From Bigelowiella natans CCMP2755 (Eukaryota > Protista > Cercozoa), in assembly GCA_000320545.1 (NCBI GenBank), contig ADNK01002618.1, positions 82,093-146,092 on the forward strand: a stretch of 64,000 nt of DNA. The letters are read 5' to 3'. The position numbers and the translations under genes were made by a program. Below are positions 52,910-64,000 of the stretch, one piece after another; positions within the stretch are counted from its first letter, which is position 1; the number at the start of each line of letters is the position of its first letter. The notes beneath the pieces are model-generated. The model was not told where the DNA came from. It searched no databases and saw only the letters and a program-made list of their open reading frames with translations.

Positions 52910-53891
52910 CAAAGGGCCATTTCTACCTGACAAAAAGGCTACTTAGCCTGGTACAACGAGCCAAGGGGGGTCGCATTGTACATCTCTCCAGTAGCGCACA
53001 TCGTTTCGCTCCAAAGCAAGGAGTCTTCCTCACCCAACGTGCCCACAACAGCTTCCAGACGTACGGGTTGTAATTGATGTTTACACACGCTCACACGGGG
53101 CGAGGCGCCCACACAAAGACTCAACGCTTCACATATACGCTACTACTTATACTCAGTCGCATAGAGCGTTATGCTATGGCAAAATTGGCAAATTTAGTAT
53201 TTGCCAAGGAGCTCCAGCGCCGTATCGACAAATTTGCTGCTGCTGCTGCTGCTGCTTCGGATGCAGAGGGCGGCCACGACGAGCACAGGTATTCTTCATC
53301 GTTGATGGAAACCAGCAGCATGCGAATGGTGTATGTAAGCAGGAGTTGGCTAGTATGAAAAACCTTCTCTTTTTGGTAGAATTTTCTCCAACGCCTGTCA
53401 CCCTGGAATCGTCGCAACGCATATCACCCGGGGGGCGGAGGATGGATTTCCCACAATGATGCAGCCTTTCATCCGTGGAGCCATTGACTTCAGAAATCGT
53501 TGCTTTGCTTATGACCCCGAAGCTGCCTGTCTAACCGTCCTGTACCTTGCGACAAGCAATGAAGTTGAAACAAACGGCATTCGTGGCGAATATTTCGTTC
53601 CTATCGCAGAGCTGGAGCACCCTGCCCACAGTAATGATAACTAACACGTAGGGGGGAGGGCATCGTGAGCTGAATCGCATTGTTTTGCAACCTTTAAACT
53701 CATGGAGGGAAGAGTGTAAGTCTAATCATTATCCTCACTGGATTTTGGGCCAAATAACAAGACTGATAATAATGTGGTGCCATATTTTGTATCGAGCAGA
53801 ATTGGCTTTTAGTCCTGCTTTTGGCTCCGCACTTTGGGAGTTCAGCGAAAACCTTTGTGCTAGGGCTATGGAAAAGAAGCACGGGCACTGA
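51450..53891 (+). CDS. Short-chain dehydrogenase/reductase (RDH/WWOX-like)
   Basis: IPDLTGKTALVTGASSG|LGRSTA, VILACRS, IDLSSLQSV, LDILILNAG, DGIETTFQENYL|GHFYLT, RIVHLSSSAH, catalytic YAMAK, CHPGIVAT and ALWEFSENL. The start is uncertain (51385 or 51450). Confidence 0.9.
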
Positions 53892-54084
53892 TGGACTTCA
53901 CATTCGTGTGATTTGTTGGTCGTTGACGGGCTCCTACAGTTGCTATGTTTTTTTACACACTTGCACATGGGCTGCATGCATAGCTATTTGCACTTGCTCC
54001 AGCTATGTAATATATTGAGACGGATGTAATGAAATGTTTAAATTTTTTCAATGGTCATCCTAATGTAGCTGTGCAATGCAGCGG

Positions 54085-54121
<37 letters not shown>

Positions 54122-55689
54122 GATATGCATGCCTTGTACATAATTCTATTTATGTATAACAGACACACAGTCTTTGTCTTTATCCGCAGCCCATGCATAA
54201 GTTCAGTTTGGCTAACACACAAGTGATTTTTGCCATGAAAGTATGCATGTTCATAGCTACACACCACTATGTGCTTTGATCTGTGTCCCAAACGTCATTT
54301 ATATATTCGACATGTCTCATCGCATGCATCGTATCGTATGTGCATGCGCCAGCCACAAGTAGCCTATGTACGTACGTAGCTAACTATATATAACAGTATC
54401 ACACGCATGATCGACGACGAAAACCACAGTATTAATACTAATGAGCTTGACGATGTAATATATGTATAATTAGAATAATGAACCAGCCTGCATGTCAACG
54501 ACAATATGTAGAGTAAGCATTGCTACATGCATCATACGCAACGAACGACATACTGCATACTTATACTATTACGATATTCTGTAAGTGCATATGTAGCGTC
54601 GTTTCTGTGTATACACATGCCATCACTTTTGCTTGTATCTTGTGCATGCATGCTTTGAAAGTGATTCGCAATTCTCTGATGATCTCATGGATGTATGTAT
54701 CGGGTATCCGCTCAAATGACATTACATCTGGGATCATATTCACTTGACCGGAAAGTTGTGACTTGGAGGGGACTATCATTGCTTGGTGCAGATAATGTGC
54801 TTAAATTTATGTACAGGCGATGGGGATATTAGCTGAATGCATTATAAAACCAATTGAAATTATATGAACTTATATATGTTCACTAATCTGTCTTCGTCTT
54901 AGCCCTTCTCGTGAAAAGAGAGCATAGCGTAAGGAATGTAGCTGGCCCGAATACAGACAGGGCAACGAGGATGCCGGTCTCGGCCGTCTGAATGGGGGGG
55001 GGGGATGCGGGGTCAGGCATAAAACGCAACCGTTCGTTTTATTAGCTTAGAAAAAAAACCGCAGAAAATTTTCTGCAGGGCAGATGGATATGCATTATGC
55101 GCAATTGCAAAAGGTGTACGTGCGAATCTCGCTACCTCCCATTTCTCGCAGGTGAGATCTAAAACTTTGGCATTGGCTGAAAGTGTATTGGCATTTGCAT
55201 CGTGAGATGTGCCTGAAACCATAGGAATTTTCGCCAGTAGACAGGTAAACCTGTTTAAATAATTTTGACACCCAAATAATCAACACGTTACATTGAACAC
55301 ACTCAAATCTTTTTTCGGAGCGGCACTCAAAAGCCCATCAAAAATAGCAAGAGCATCAAAGGCAATTTGTTGAAAAGTGTGAGAAATTTGTGTGAAATTT
55401 TCATTTCTTCATCAGTGTGCAGCTACAGGGCAATCGGGGACAAGAGAACGGCGAACGCGAACGCCAAGCGCGCAGCCATGATTCGACTCATTGAGATTTG
55501 AGCTTTACCGCAGTAGCGCTCAGACAGCACAAAATGGGTGCGTTTCTGACATCGAGACTTGGATAATTCGTAGTCGCTGTCGTAGGACGTCGGAGCGAAG
55601 GTGCTCCACCTGGGGAAAATCCCGAGATTCCTCCCCCTCCTCCGTGGCTCCTTCACCGGTTTGAGCAGATCATCATCAAATTCATTCAT

Positions 55690-56640
55690 TCATTCAATGA
55701 TGTGTGGCAACAGACATGCACACACATGACACATGTGTGTTGCACTTTGTCTGTTCCAGTGTTGCACATCAACAGCGCAATTGCACGTGCAAGTTGGATG
55801 GCGGGCGGTGCAGAAAAGCCACTGGGCAGGCTTGCAGGCCAGCGCAGCAGGGTTGCGCAAGGCTGGAAGGTGGTGCTGTGCAGCATGTGAGGGAACACAG
55901 ACAGGCGTCACACACAGGCCTTCTGCACGTTCGTGCTTTGGGAAACAAGAAAAAATGGAAAGATGGAAACCTGATGATGGACCACAGGAGGCACAATGAT
56001 GGACACAGCTAGACAGTGACATCATGTGTGCTGTGCATGCATGGCATTGCGTGTCTACACTCATAATAGACATAGTAACATCATATGTACTATGTATATG
56101 TGGCATTACGTGTCTATAATCAACATCACACTGCCAAGCTCTTGCTGAACTGTCCCAGTTTGATGAGGCACCGCCAGCAGAGATGATCATCTGTCTAGTC
56201 TGTGCATGCTGCAGACACAGCATGTGTGATGTACATGATACACATAACATACATGACACATACGTGTGTCTATTGTGCATGGTTGCAGTGCTAGAGTGTT
56301 CTTGTTGCGCTGCGCCCAATGATGAGCTGTTGACACGCTTCACAATTGATGTTGGCATGACATCAGGGCTTCATTCACACACGTGCTGCATTTGTGCAAC
56401 AACTTAGTCCACAGACTTTGCAAGTTTGTTCAATGCAAATTATGCAATTATGCAATAGACACAGTAACATTGCACACATGATGTACGTAATTATGCACAC
56501 AACTAGACAACATGAACATCACATTACGTTGTCCACAATCAATGTGCATCTATTTGTTTTCGCTCAGTGGCACCTTCAACAAGCAGGCATCAACTTTCTC
56601 CATCGCAAAGGAAGAAGCAATGGTGATGATGATGCATCAT
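55690..56640. other. TpA-depleted tract starting at a (TTCA)n junction
   Basis: 55690-56050 is almost TA-free and grades to partial depletion towards the TauD 3' end. Confidence 0.75.
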
Positions 56641-56652
56641 CACACTACTTAC

Positions 56653-57897
56653 TCACATCGTGAATTCATCCATCCTGGCGTCGGCCAGTATGCCTCCGCT
56701 GTTTTTGCCGTTGTTATTATCGACCTTTAGGAATGGACGATCCCCTTTAAGCGTGACGCGGCGCATAATACGACGATGGCTGCTGTTGTCGCCGATCGCA
56801 ACGTGTTGCAGGCAGCGATTATCCCACATCGCCACGTCCCCAGCCTTCCAGCGGTAGCGACAAGTCAGGTGAGGAAGCCCTACCTGCGAGAATAGGTACT
56901 CCAAGAGCGGACGGGATTCGGCCCGCGTCATGCCTTCGATGTGCGTAGTGAACATGGAGTTGACAAAGAGCGCTTTGCGGCCGGTCTCCGGGTGTGTGCG
57001 GAAAATCGGATGGATGCTTTGCGACTCTAATTCTGCCGCCTTGGTGTACTTGATGGCGGCCTCAGGGTTATCAAAGGATCCACCCACAACTGACGCAGGG
57101 TTGAAGGCTTCGCCAGCAGTGTGCACGGCGCGCATCCCTTCCAGGAGGTTCTGCAGGGCGGGGGAGAGAGACTCATAGGTTCCATACGCGCAAGAGAACA
57201 TCGTGTCGTTGCCAACAGGAGGCACCTCAATCGCATGGAGGATGGACCCCAAGCTCGGTTGTAGCATGTATGAGTTATCTGAGTGCCAAGTCTCACCGAA
57301 GTTGGTAGGTGCTCCTGCCTCTCGCACTATCTGGATGACGTCTGGCTCTTCTGCCATGCCTTTCACGATGGGATGTCGATCAATTTCACCGAAGCGTTTT
57401 GCCAGACCCACCTGCTCTTGCGGAGAGATTTTTTGATCGCGGAAGAAAAGCACTCCGTAAAGGAGAAAGGCACCCCAAATCTCCTCGACGACGTCCTCCG
57501 AAAGGGCGGGAGAGGAGAGATCTACTCCGGAGATCTCTGCTCCGAGCATTGCTGTGACTGGAGTGGCTTCGATGTGACGAAACATATTGCCTGATGCAGT
57601 TGTGACGCGCAAATGACCAATTGGTACCGAGGTATCCCGAGCCAGCACTGCCGCAGGACATGAAGAGGATGCAAGGGCAAGTGACAGCTCCACGGCACCT
57701 TTCTTCTCAATCTTGAGGTCGTCAATGGAGCCATCAACGCCGACTGCACTGCCATTATTGAAATCAACAGGCTTGTAGGCTGTACTCAAGAATGCTTTCA
57801 AACGTGGATTGATTACACGAGATGATTTCATCCGAGCTGCGGAAGAAGAAACCAAGAGGTGTTTGCTGGCGGATCTGTAGTAAGTCATGGATTGCAT
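56653..57897 (-). CDS. tauD: TauD/TfdA-family Fe(II)/2-oxoglutarate dioxygenase, intronless, with a probable mitochondrial presequence
   Basis: LGAEISGVDLS, GVLFFRDQ, WHSDNSY (HxD), GNDTMF, HPIFRTHPETGRKALFVN and WDNRCLQH..RIMRRVT. The first ~40 aa are Arg/Ser/Lys-rich and lack acidic residues. Confidence 0.92.
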   Translation of the reverse strand: MQSMTYYRSASKHLLVSSSAARMKSSRVINPRLKAFLSTAYKPVDFNNGSAVGVDGSIDDLKIEKKGAVELSLALASSSCPAAVLARDTSVPIGHLRVTTASGNMFRHIEATPVTAMLGAEISGVDLSSPALSEDVVEEIWGAFLLYGVLFFRDQKISPQEQVGLAKRFGEIDRHPIVKGMAEEPDVIQIVREAGAPTNFGETWHSDNSYMLQPSLGSILHAIEVPPVGNDTMFSCAYGTYESLSPALQNLLEGMRAVHTAGEAFNPASVVGGSFDNPEAAIKYTKAAELESQSIHPIFRTHPETGRKALFVNSMFTTHIEGMTRAESRPLLEYLFSQVGLPHLTCRYRWKAGDVAMWDNRCLQHVAIGDNSSHRRIMRRVTLKGDRPFLKVDNNNGKNSGGILADARMDEFTM

Positions 57898-58734
57898 TTG
57901 TCGTTGATCTTATGCTCGAGGGAGGCTGCGGCTTTAAGGTTGTCGAAGGGAAACACAAACTTTTGCGGCTGGTTAAGAGTTACGGGGTTGTTGTCCTAAG
58001 CACACACACGCAACAAAGCAGCAACGATCAATGGTGGTGCGAGAAAAAGAACAATGGTGGCGTAATCCCGTCTTCGGTGTGTGGGCTACTTACGTTGTAG
58101 TAGAAGATAGAAAAATCCGGATGATCCTTATTTCTCAGACAGGACATGCACCGGACAGTAGGTGAACGGTTAGGACAAAAGGAGCTTGGCGGAATCAAGC
58201 TTCGATGAATCTGTTGGGATGGGCGAGGCCAAGAACAATTGAGATTTATGTGAACAACGGTGAAAATTTGAATTTTCCCTTCCAAATGGGTTGTATTTGT
58301 GATGAATGCTTACCGGAATTCATGTCTCTTTTATATTTTAGCTCAGATTCATCTTTCCGAGTGAAGTGATTCAATCGATTCAGATTCTCTGGAACGGTAG
58401 CCGAGCGATGAAATAAGAGGAAGTACCCTATTTTTATGTAATACGTCTTCATTTTTTGTGTGTCTCGACAGTATGATTCGGACACTGGTTGGGTTTGACA
58501 GGATGCACCCTAAACCCAACGGAGAATTCAAACTCTGGGTGAGGGGAGAATCTCTGGGGAATCTCGAAGATTATCCTGAGTGTTACCTTCTTCCGAAATT
58601 TGACATGTGCGAGGATAGATTTTTTAATCACGATTATTTAGTAGTTTTCCGCACTATTTTCTGTCTATTTTTCCCTTCTGTAACGTAACGTCGACGATCT
58701 CAGCGGGGCCCCACCCCCTTGCCAAGCTGAGACG

Positions 58735-59989
58735 ATGATCTTCGCGATTTTGACACTCGTAATCCTCCCTTTTGTTGAAAGTATCACCCCAGCACGGAGG
58801 ACTAGCATCCGAGGTACAGTATGCATCCGAATAGTTTTTGTTCTCAACTTTAGAACCCCATTCCTCCTCCTCTCCGAGGGGAGAAGTGGAGTTCGGAAGG
58901 AGATAAACCTTTCCGGGTCCAACGACGTTGCGTCTAGGACAATTATTCCCTGAGATTCTATTAGTATCGATTAAATTGATACAATTGTTAGTTGATTCGA
59001 ATCATCCGGGGGGGGACTATCGCGTCGTATATCTTCCAAGCGAGGAGATTCTGCTCGAGGGGGATGGTTTCTCGGTGTTCGCGAATGGCCGGTGGTACGC
59101 TCACATGGGAGGGACGGAGGGGTATATCGCGTCAGCGGAAGGATGGAATCGCGACAACTATAACAAGTTGTACGAGCCACTTTATCTTCAAGACTCGTCT
59201 CGAATTGCTGGAGAGGGTAGTAGTAACACTTGTAGCAGAAGGGGGAGAGAAGCAGGAGGGTGGCGTGAGTACGGATGATGATTTGGATCCACCAACTACG
59301 GTGAAGTGGATAGATGATACATAAACTTTGTCTTTTTAATTTTAAAAATTGTTTATACCACAGATGAGGTCCTCGGTCGCTACGAAGGAACAGCATGGAC
59401 GTAGTTAAAAAACAAATCATCTTTAATTTTCTAACTTTATCTAAAATATGATCCTTCGTTGCAATCTCGACAGGTGGTCTTCAGCAAGCCCACCCTCGCT
59501 TTCATCTTCGTCATCTTCTTCCTCGTCGTCGAGACCCTCCTCCTCCTCCTCCTCGGTCTTGGTCAAAACGACATGGAAGAATTTTCACTCTGGTCGCCAC
59601 ATTGTCTTCGAGACGGAGTTCCCAGTGGGAGCTAACAACACCTCGCCGACATTGCACGGTGAGGATAAAATAGAGTCCTTTTCGCGTCTCCTCGCGCATA
59701 TTTTATAACTTATATTTGTTTGTGTTTATTCCGTACGCTCCACATATGACTTGTTGATATACATTTGTTTTTGTGTATTGCATGTGCTAAATGCCATTCA
59801 TTACACTGACAAGACCTTAATCACCACCAGCAAACTATTCCCGCGACGCCGTTATCAATCATTTTCCAGCGTTTATGAAGAAATCGGCTCTCCTCTCTGG
59901 AACGCTATCCTGGCAAGGTGCGTAGCGCAACTTTGGTCATGAAAAACTGTATATATACTTACTACACTTTACTGAACATATTTACTCAA

Positions 59990-60049
<60 letters not shown>

Positions 60050-60798
60050 ACGTGCTGTATCACCTGACGAAGATTTGTGTGGAATAACGACATTTAACTT
60101 GAGAGCGTGTTTATGTTTATTCGACATTATCCAGGTTCGTTCATATCTCCGCGTATTCACGATGGCGCGTCAACTGGCACACAGGGTGATATTATTCCTT
60201 AGTGCTTTCGTCGCAGTAACTCGTTGTAATTGCTGCATTGTTGTTTTCGTAATAGTGCATGTGATGATAGAAATACGCGAAGATGTGCGTGCGCTTGCGC
60301 AAAGATACGGCAAATGCTTCTGCGTCATACTTGCTACTGCCGTGCCTTTACTACTTCTTCTTCTTGGATTTTTCCCAGGCGGCCCGACTGTGTTTTTCAA
60401 CGCGGCAGCGGGTAGCACTTCCGACAACAACAACAGCAACAATAACAACAACGTTGTGCTCACCTTGTCCCCATGGTTCGGCCAATATCCTGGCACCCGT
60501 AGTAGCAGCATTAGCAGCAGCAGCGACGGTACAAATAAGTCCTCCTCCCCTGCTGGGATGGATGATGATGATAAATACCCACGTGGCCTTGAGGGCGGCT
60601 GGAAGCTCTTCTCAGGAGGAAATGGCAATCGTTTTGACGGAAAGGCTGCGGTGTGGGCGCCAGGTCCGTTGTTGATGTTGTTGTTGTTGTTGTTGTTATT
60701 GCTGTTGCTGCTGCTGCTACCTTTTCTACTCATACTGGGTAGCTCCTAGCCCTTCTATTTCCCGACGACGAGAGATAGTTTACAGCCTCATAATGACA

Positions 60799-60842
<44 letters not shown>

Positions 60843-61207
60843 AGGGGGGGAGGGGGGGAGAAATCGACACTTTGACGCAATATTTCCACCACACATACGG
60901 TACCATAAAACATCATATTTACGTGCTACACGGGGTGCAAAACCATAAAACATCATATTTGCTCATGCTGGCATGGAGTGTAAAATGTATTGATTATTGA
61001 TGTAATGAGGTAGCATCCAAAGCTCACACATTCTCCTCCTCCTCCTCCCCATCTTTCTTCTTCTTCTTCTTCTTCTTCTTCTTCTTCTTCTTTTTCTTCT
61101 TCTTCTCATTAACAACAAAAGGTGTGAGTGGTGGGGTTGATAGCATACCTCCAGGGTTCCGACAGCGTTTGCTTCTCACATTAGCTCCATATCAACAAGG
61201 GGTTCTT

Positions 61208-61252
<45 letters not shown>

Positions 61253-61319
61253 TCTTTCTCTCTCTCTCCTCCCCTTCCCCCCCCCTTTCTAACACAAAAG
61301 TGCATTGACGTATTGTTCT

Positions 61320-61350
<31 letters not shown>

Positions 61351-61529
61351 GCTTAAGGTAACCGGAGCAATGTATGACTGGGGAGAGACGATTCGACAAG
61401 GGGCATCATCATCATCATCATCATCATCGTCGTCGTCGTCTCGGTTGGCCTCTCCTCCATCTAGTTCTGTTCCCCCCCCCCCAGAGGTCAAACGAAATCA
61501 CTCGCCCATAGTGAAGATACAGTAGAAAA

Positions 61530-61571
<42 letters not shown>

Positions 61572-61871
61572 TTGTCATGGTACAACTGTATGGGTATTAT
61601 ACTAACTCACATCATCATCATCATCATCACAATAATGATAATGATAATAAGAAAAAGGAAGATCTCACGGTGACTAAAATCGGCTACCAAACCGACAATG
61701 GAGCTGCCTACTGCTTCTGCGAAGGGTACGGCCTACCAATTACTCATGTCGCGCATAGTAGCAGTAACAACAATAAAAATAAAAAATAAAAACAACGACG
61801 ACTTTAAAACTGCTGCTTACGACGATGATGTTACCAGTAACGACCATGCATACACCTTGACTGTGGTGGAT

Positions 61872-61923
<52 letters not shown>

Positions 61924-62329
61924 TATATATGAAGGAATTGCTCAGAAACGCTGCTCACTGTCGTCAAGAGTCTCCAGGCCCACGGTCTCTAACTACGCGT
62001 AGTCAAGTCGCATCGATGATGATAATAACAGTACCAAACCCAGGAAACAGTGCCTTGCCGGATATCACTATCCCATTGCTGCTGTGTGAGAAATCTTGTG
62101 TTTAAAATTGAACGATTTTCAACTTCAGGGCTCAACATTAGCTACCTGTCCTTTCAAGGTACATGCCGCCATATTGAAAGAGAAACACTGAATACTATAA
62201 ATTGTATTATGATATCAATGTCTGGACTCTTTCTTTACAATAGATTCCCAATATTTCAATGGCACAAAATGGGAGGCAGTAACATCGGACGTTTCCCTTG
62301 TAATACCATCAGCACTTACGAAAAGGAGG

Positions 62330-62363
<34 letters not shown>

Positions 62364-63041
62364 GTCTTAGTGCTGCTTTCAGCTCTTTCTCTTATAGATT
62401 TATCAGTGATTCCTTACATCTTCTGCCACTCCTCCTCTCCTTGTTATCTGCTGCTCTTAATCAAGGACGGATGCGACGATTTCAATTTTAAAGATGTACG
62501 TGTAGCTCTATCACCCCAACATCATCACCACCACCACCACCACCATATTGTTCTCATACTAAACATCACCCGGATAAAAAAGGCACTGCACACATACAGA
62601 GAGATGTCGTTACCTCACCGCATTGTCATACCATGATCGCATCATCATCATCATCATCATCATCGTCATCATCAGCAGCAACAACAACAACAACATCAGT
62701 TCCCATCCCCATCATCATTCTGACCGTCGATAGGTGAGTGACACAATGGCATACGACTTCTATTACGACATGTTTGCGAGGGGCAAAGCCGTAGGGATGG
62801 TAAGGTAATGGAGGATGATGGTGGTGATGAGGATGAAGATGATGAAGATGATGAGAATGATGATGATGATGACGATGATGATGATGATGATTTCGTCGTT
62901 TTACATTCTTTCCTCCTTCTTATTTTCCTCCAGCATCTCCATTCTATCGCTGCCTCGATGTACTACATCTCCTTATTACACACTGTTTGTGCAATTTGCC
63001 TATTGTACCCGACGGTGTTGCTGTTTGTTGTTTGCTGCTGT

Positions 63042-63077
<36 letters not shown>

Positions 63078-63186
63078 CTAAATTGTCTGCTTTTCATTAA
63101 TCACGCGCACAGTTTCGAGCCAGACTTCATGAACCAAAATATCAACTGCGTACCACAGTTTGTGCGAACAGTCGATAGGGCTACGC

Positions 63187-63256
<70 letters not shown>

Positions 63257-63344
63257 TGTGTGTGGCCACTTGCTGATTGATTCACAATATCACACGCACA
63301 CACAACAAACACCAACACCCATCTCTCTCCTACAACACCAACAG

Positions 63345-63375
<31 letters not shown>

Positions 63376-63780
63376 TCCTGTTTTTACTTTAGTTGGCAGA
63401 AAGGAATGGCAAAGGCAGCAGCCGACTTGGACGTTGCAATTCAGTGGTTGGTTGATATAATATTAAAACGTGCGCCTATCACCATTATCATCGTCGTCAT
63501 CATCGTCATCATCATCATCATCCTCACCATCCTCACCATCCTCACACCTCCCACGCTGATATCAAAGGTGCTACGCAACTCCAACAGACGTGCTTCATAG
63601 CGTCGAGTTGAGCTCTGTTACAAATTTCAGGGTTATTCACTTATACACCATCGGCCATATCATCGTCGCTGTGGTCATCATCGCACCAATACCATTAAAT
63701 CCTCTTTTCCTCCTCTGTGTATTGCCACCAGGTGTCTAGTGATTTTTGCTACGGGCAATCATGGGATATTGGTACGTTTG

Positions 63781-63816
<36 letters not shown>

Positions 63817-63893
63817 GTGTCTGTTGTGTGGATAAATGAATGAGAGAGAGAGGGGGAGAGAAAGAGACTTGTGCGAGTATGGGAGCTAGACAA

Positions 63894-63936
<43 letters not shown>

Positions 63937-64000
63937 GATTGAAATACACTGGGTGTCATAGTGGTAGTTATACTCGCTATTGTGCTAACGTCCAGGTGCC
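58735..64000 (+). CDS. Putative secreted glycoside-hydrolase-like protein (continues past the window)
   Basis: Signal peptide MIFAILTLVILPFVES. Exons include VTGAMYDWG, DLTVTKIGYQTDNGAAYCFC, SFEPDFMNQN, WQKGMAKAA..IQW|CYATP and VTNFR|VSSDFCYGQSWDIG, reminiscent of clan GH-D TIM barrels. The function is an inference. Confidence 0.55.

Noticed and set aside
60901-60961. 19-bp direct repeat accataaaacatcatattt (and a 15-bp repeat at ~1140/1233)
   Set aside because: Only two intronic copies, consistent with local slippage or duplication.

Overview
Intron-rich eukaryotic nuclear DNA. The source is most likely an alga with a secondary plastid: the nucleus-encoded plastid Rpl35 has a signal-peptide plus transit-peptide leader, which is chlorarachniophyte-like (the taxon is an inference). 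About 17 protein genes are recognisable: an ankyrin protein, lumazine synthase, a phosducin-like protein, GPATCH3-like, a C2H2 zinc-finger protein, an ATP4/ENA-like P-type ATPase, a ricin-B lectin fusion, a PB1-UBA (p62/NBR1-like) protein, a MAP2K, a RETSAT-like oxidoreductase, plastid Rpl35, a CDKL kinase, an exon-per-repeat ankyrin array, an SDR, a TauD dioxygenase and a GH-like secreted protein. Two linked features stand out. (1) Kilobase tracts, including Copia- and Mutator-like relics, have almost no TpA. TA appears converted to TG/CA, Tyr codons read His/Cys, CpG is retained and the surviving TAs are mostly CTAG. This looks like a regional, context-specific A:T->G:C hypermutation, opposite in direction to RIP. 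(2) Between two such tracts lies an intact 179-bp exon+intron tandem ankyrin array. Its introns are near-identical, its binding-surface codons are hypervariable, and its copy-to-copy differences include the same TA/TG/CA changes. Gene boundaries were assembled by eye and are approximate; dinucleotide statements are visual scans, not computed counts.
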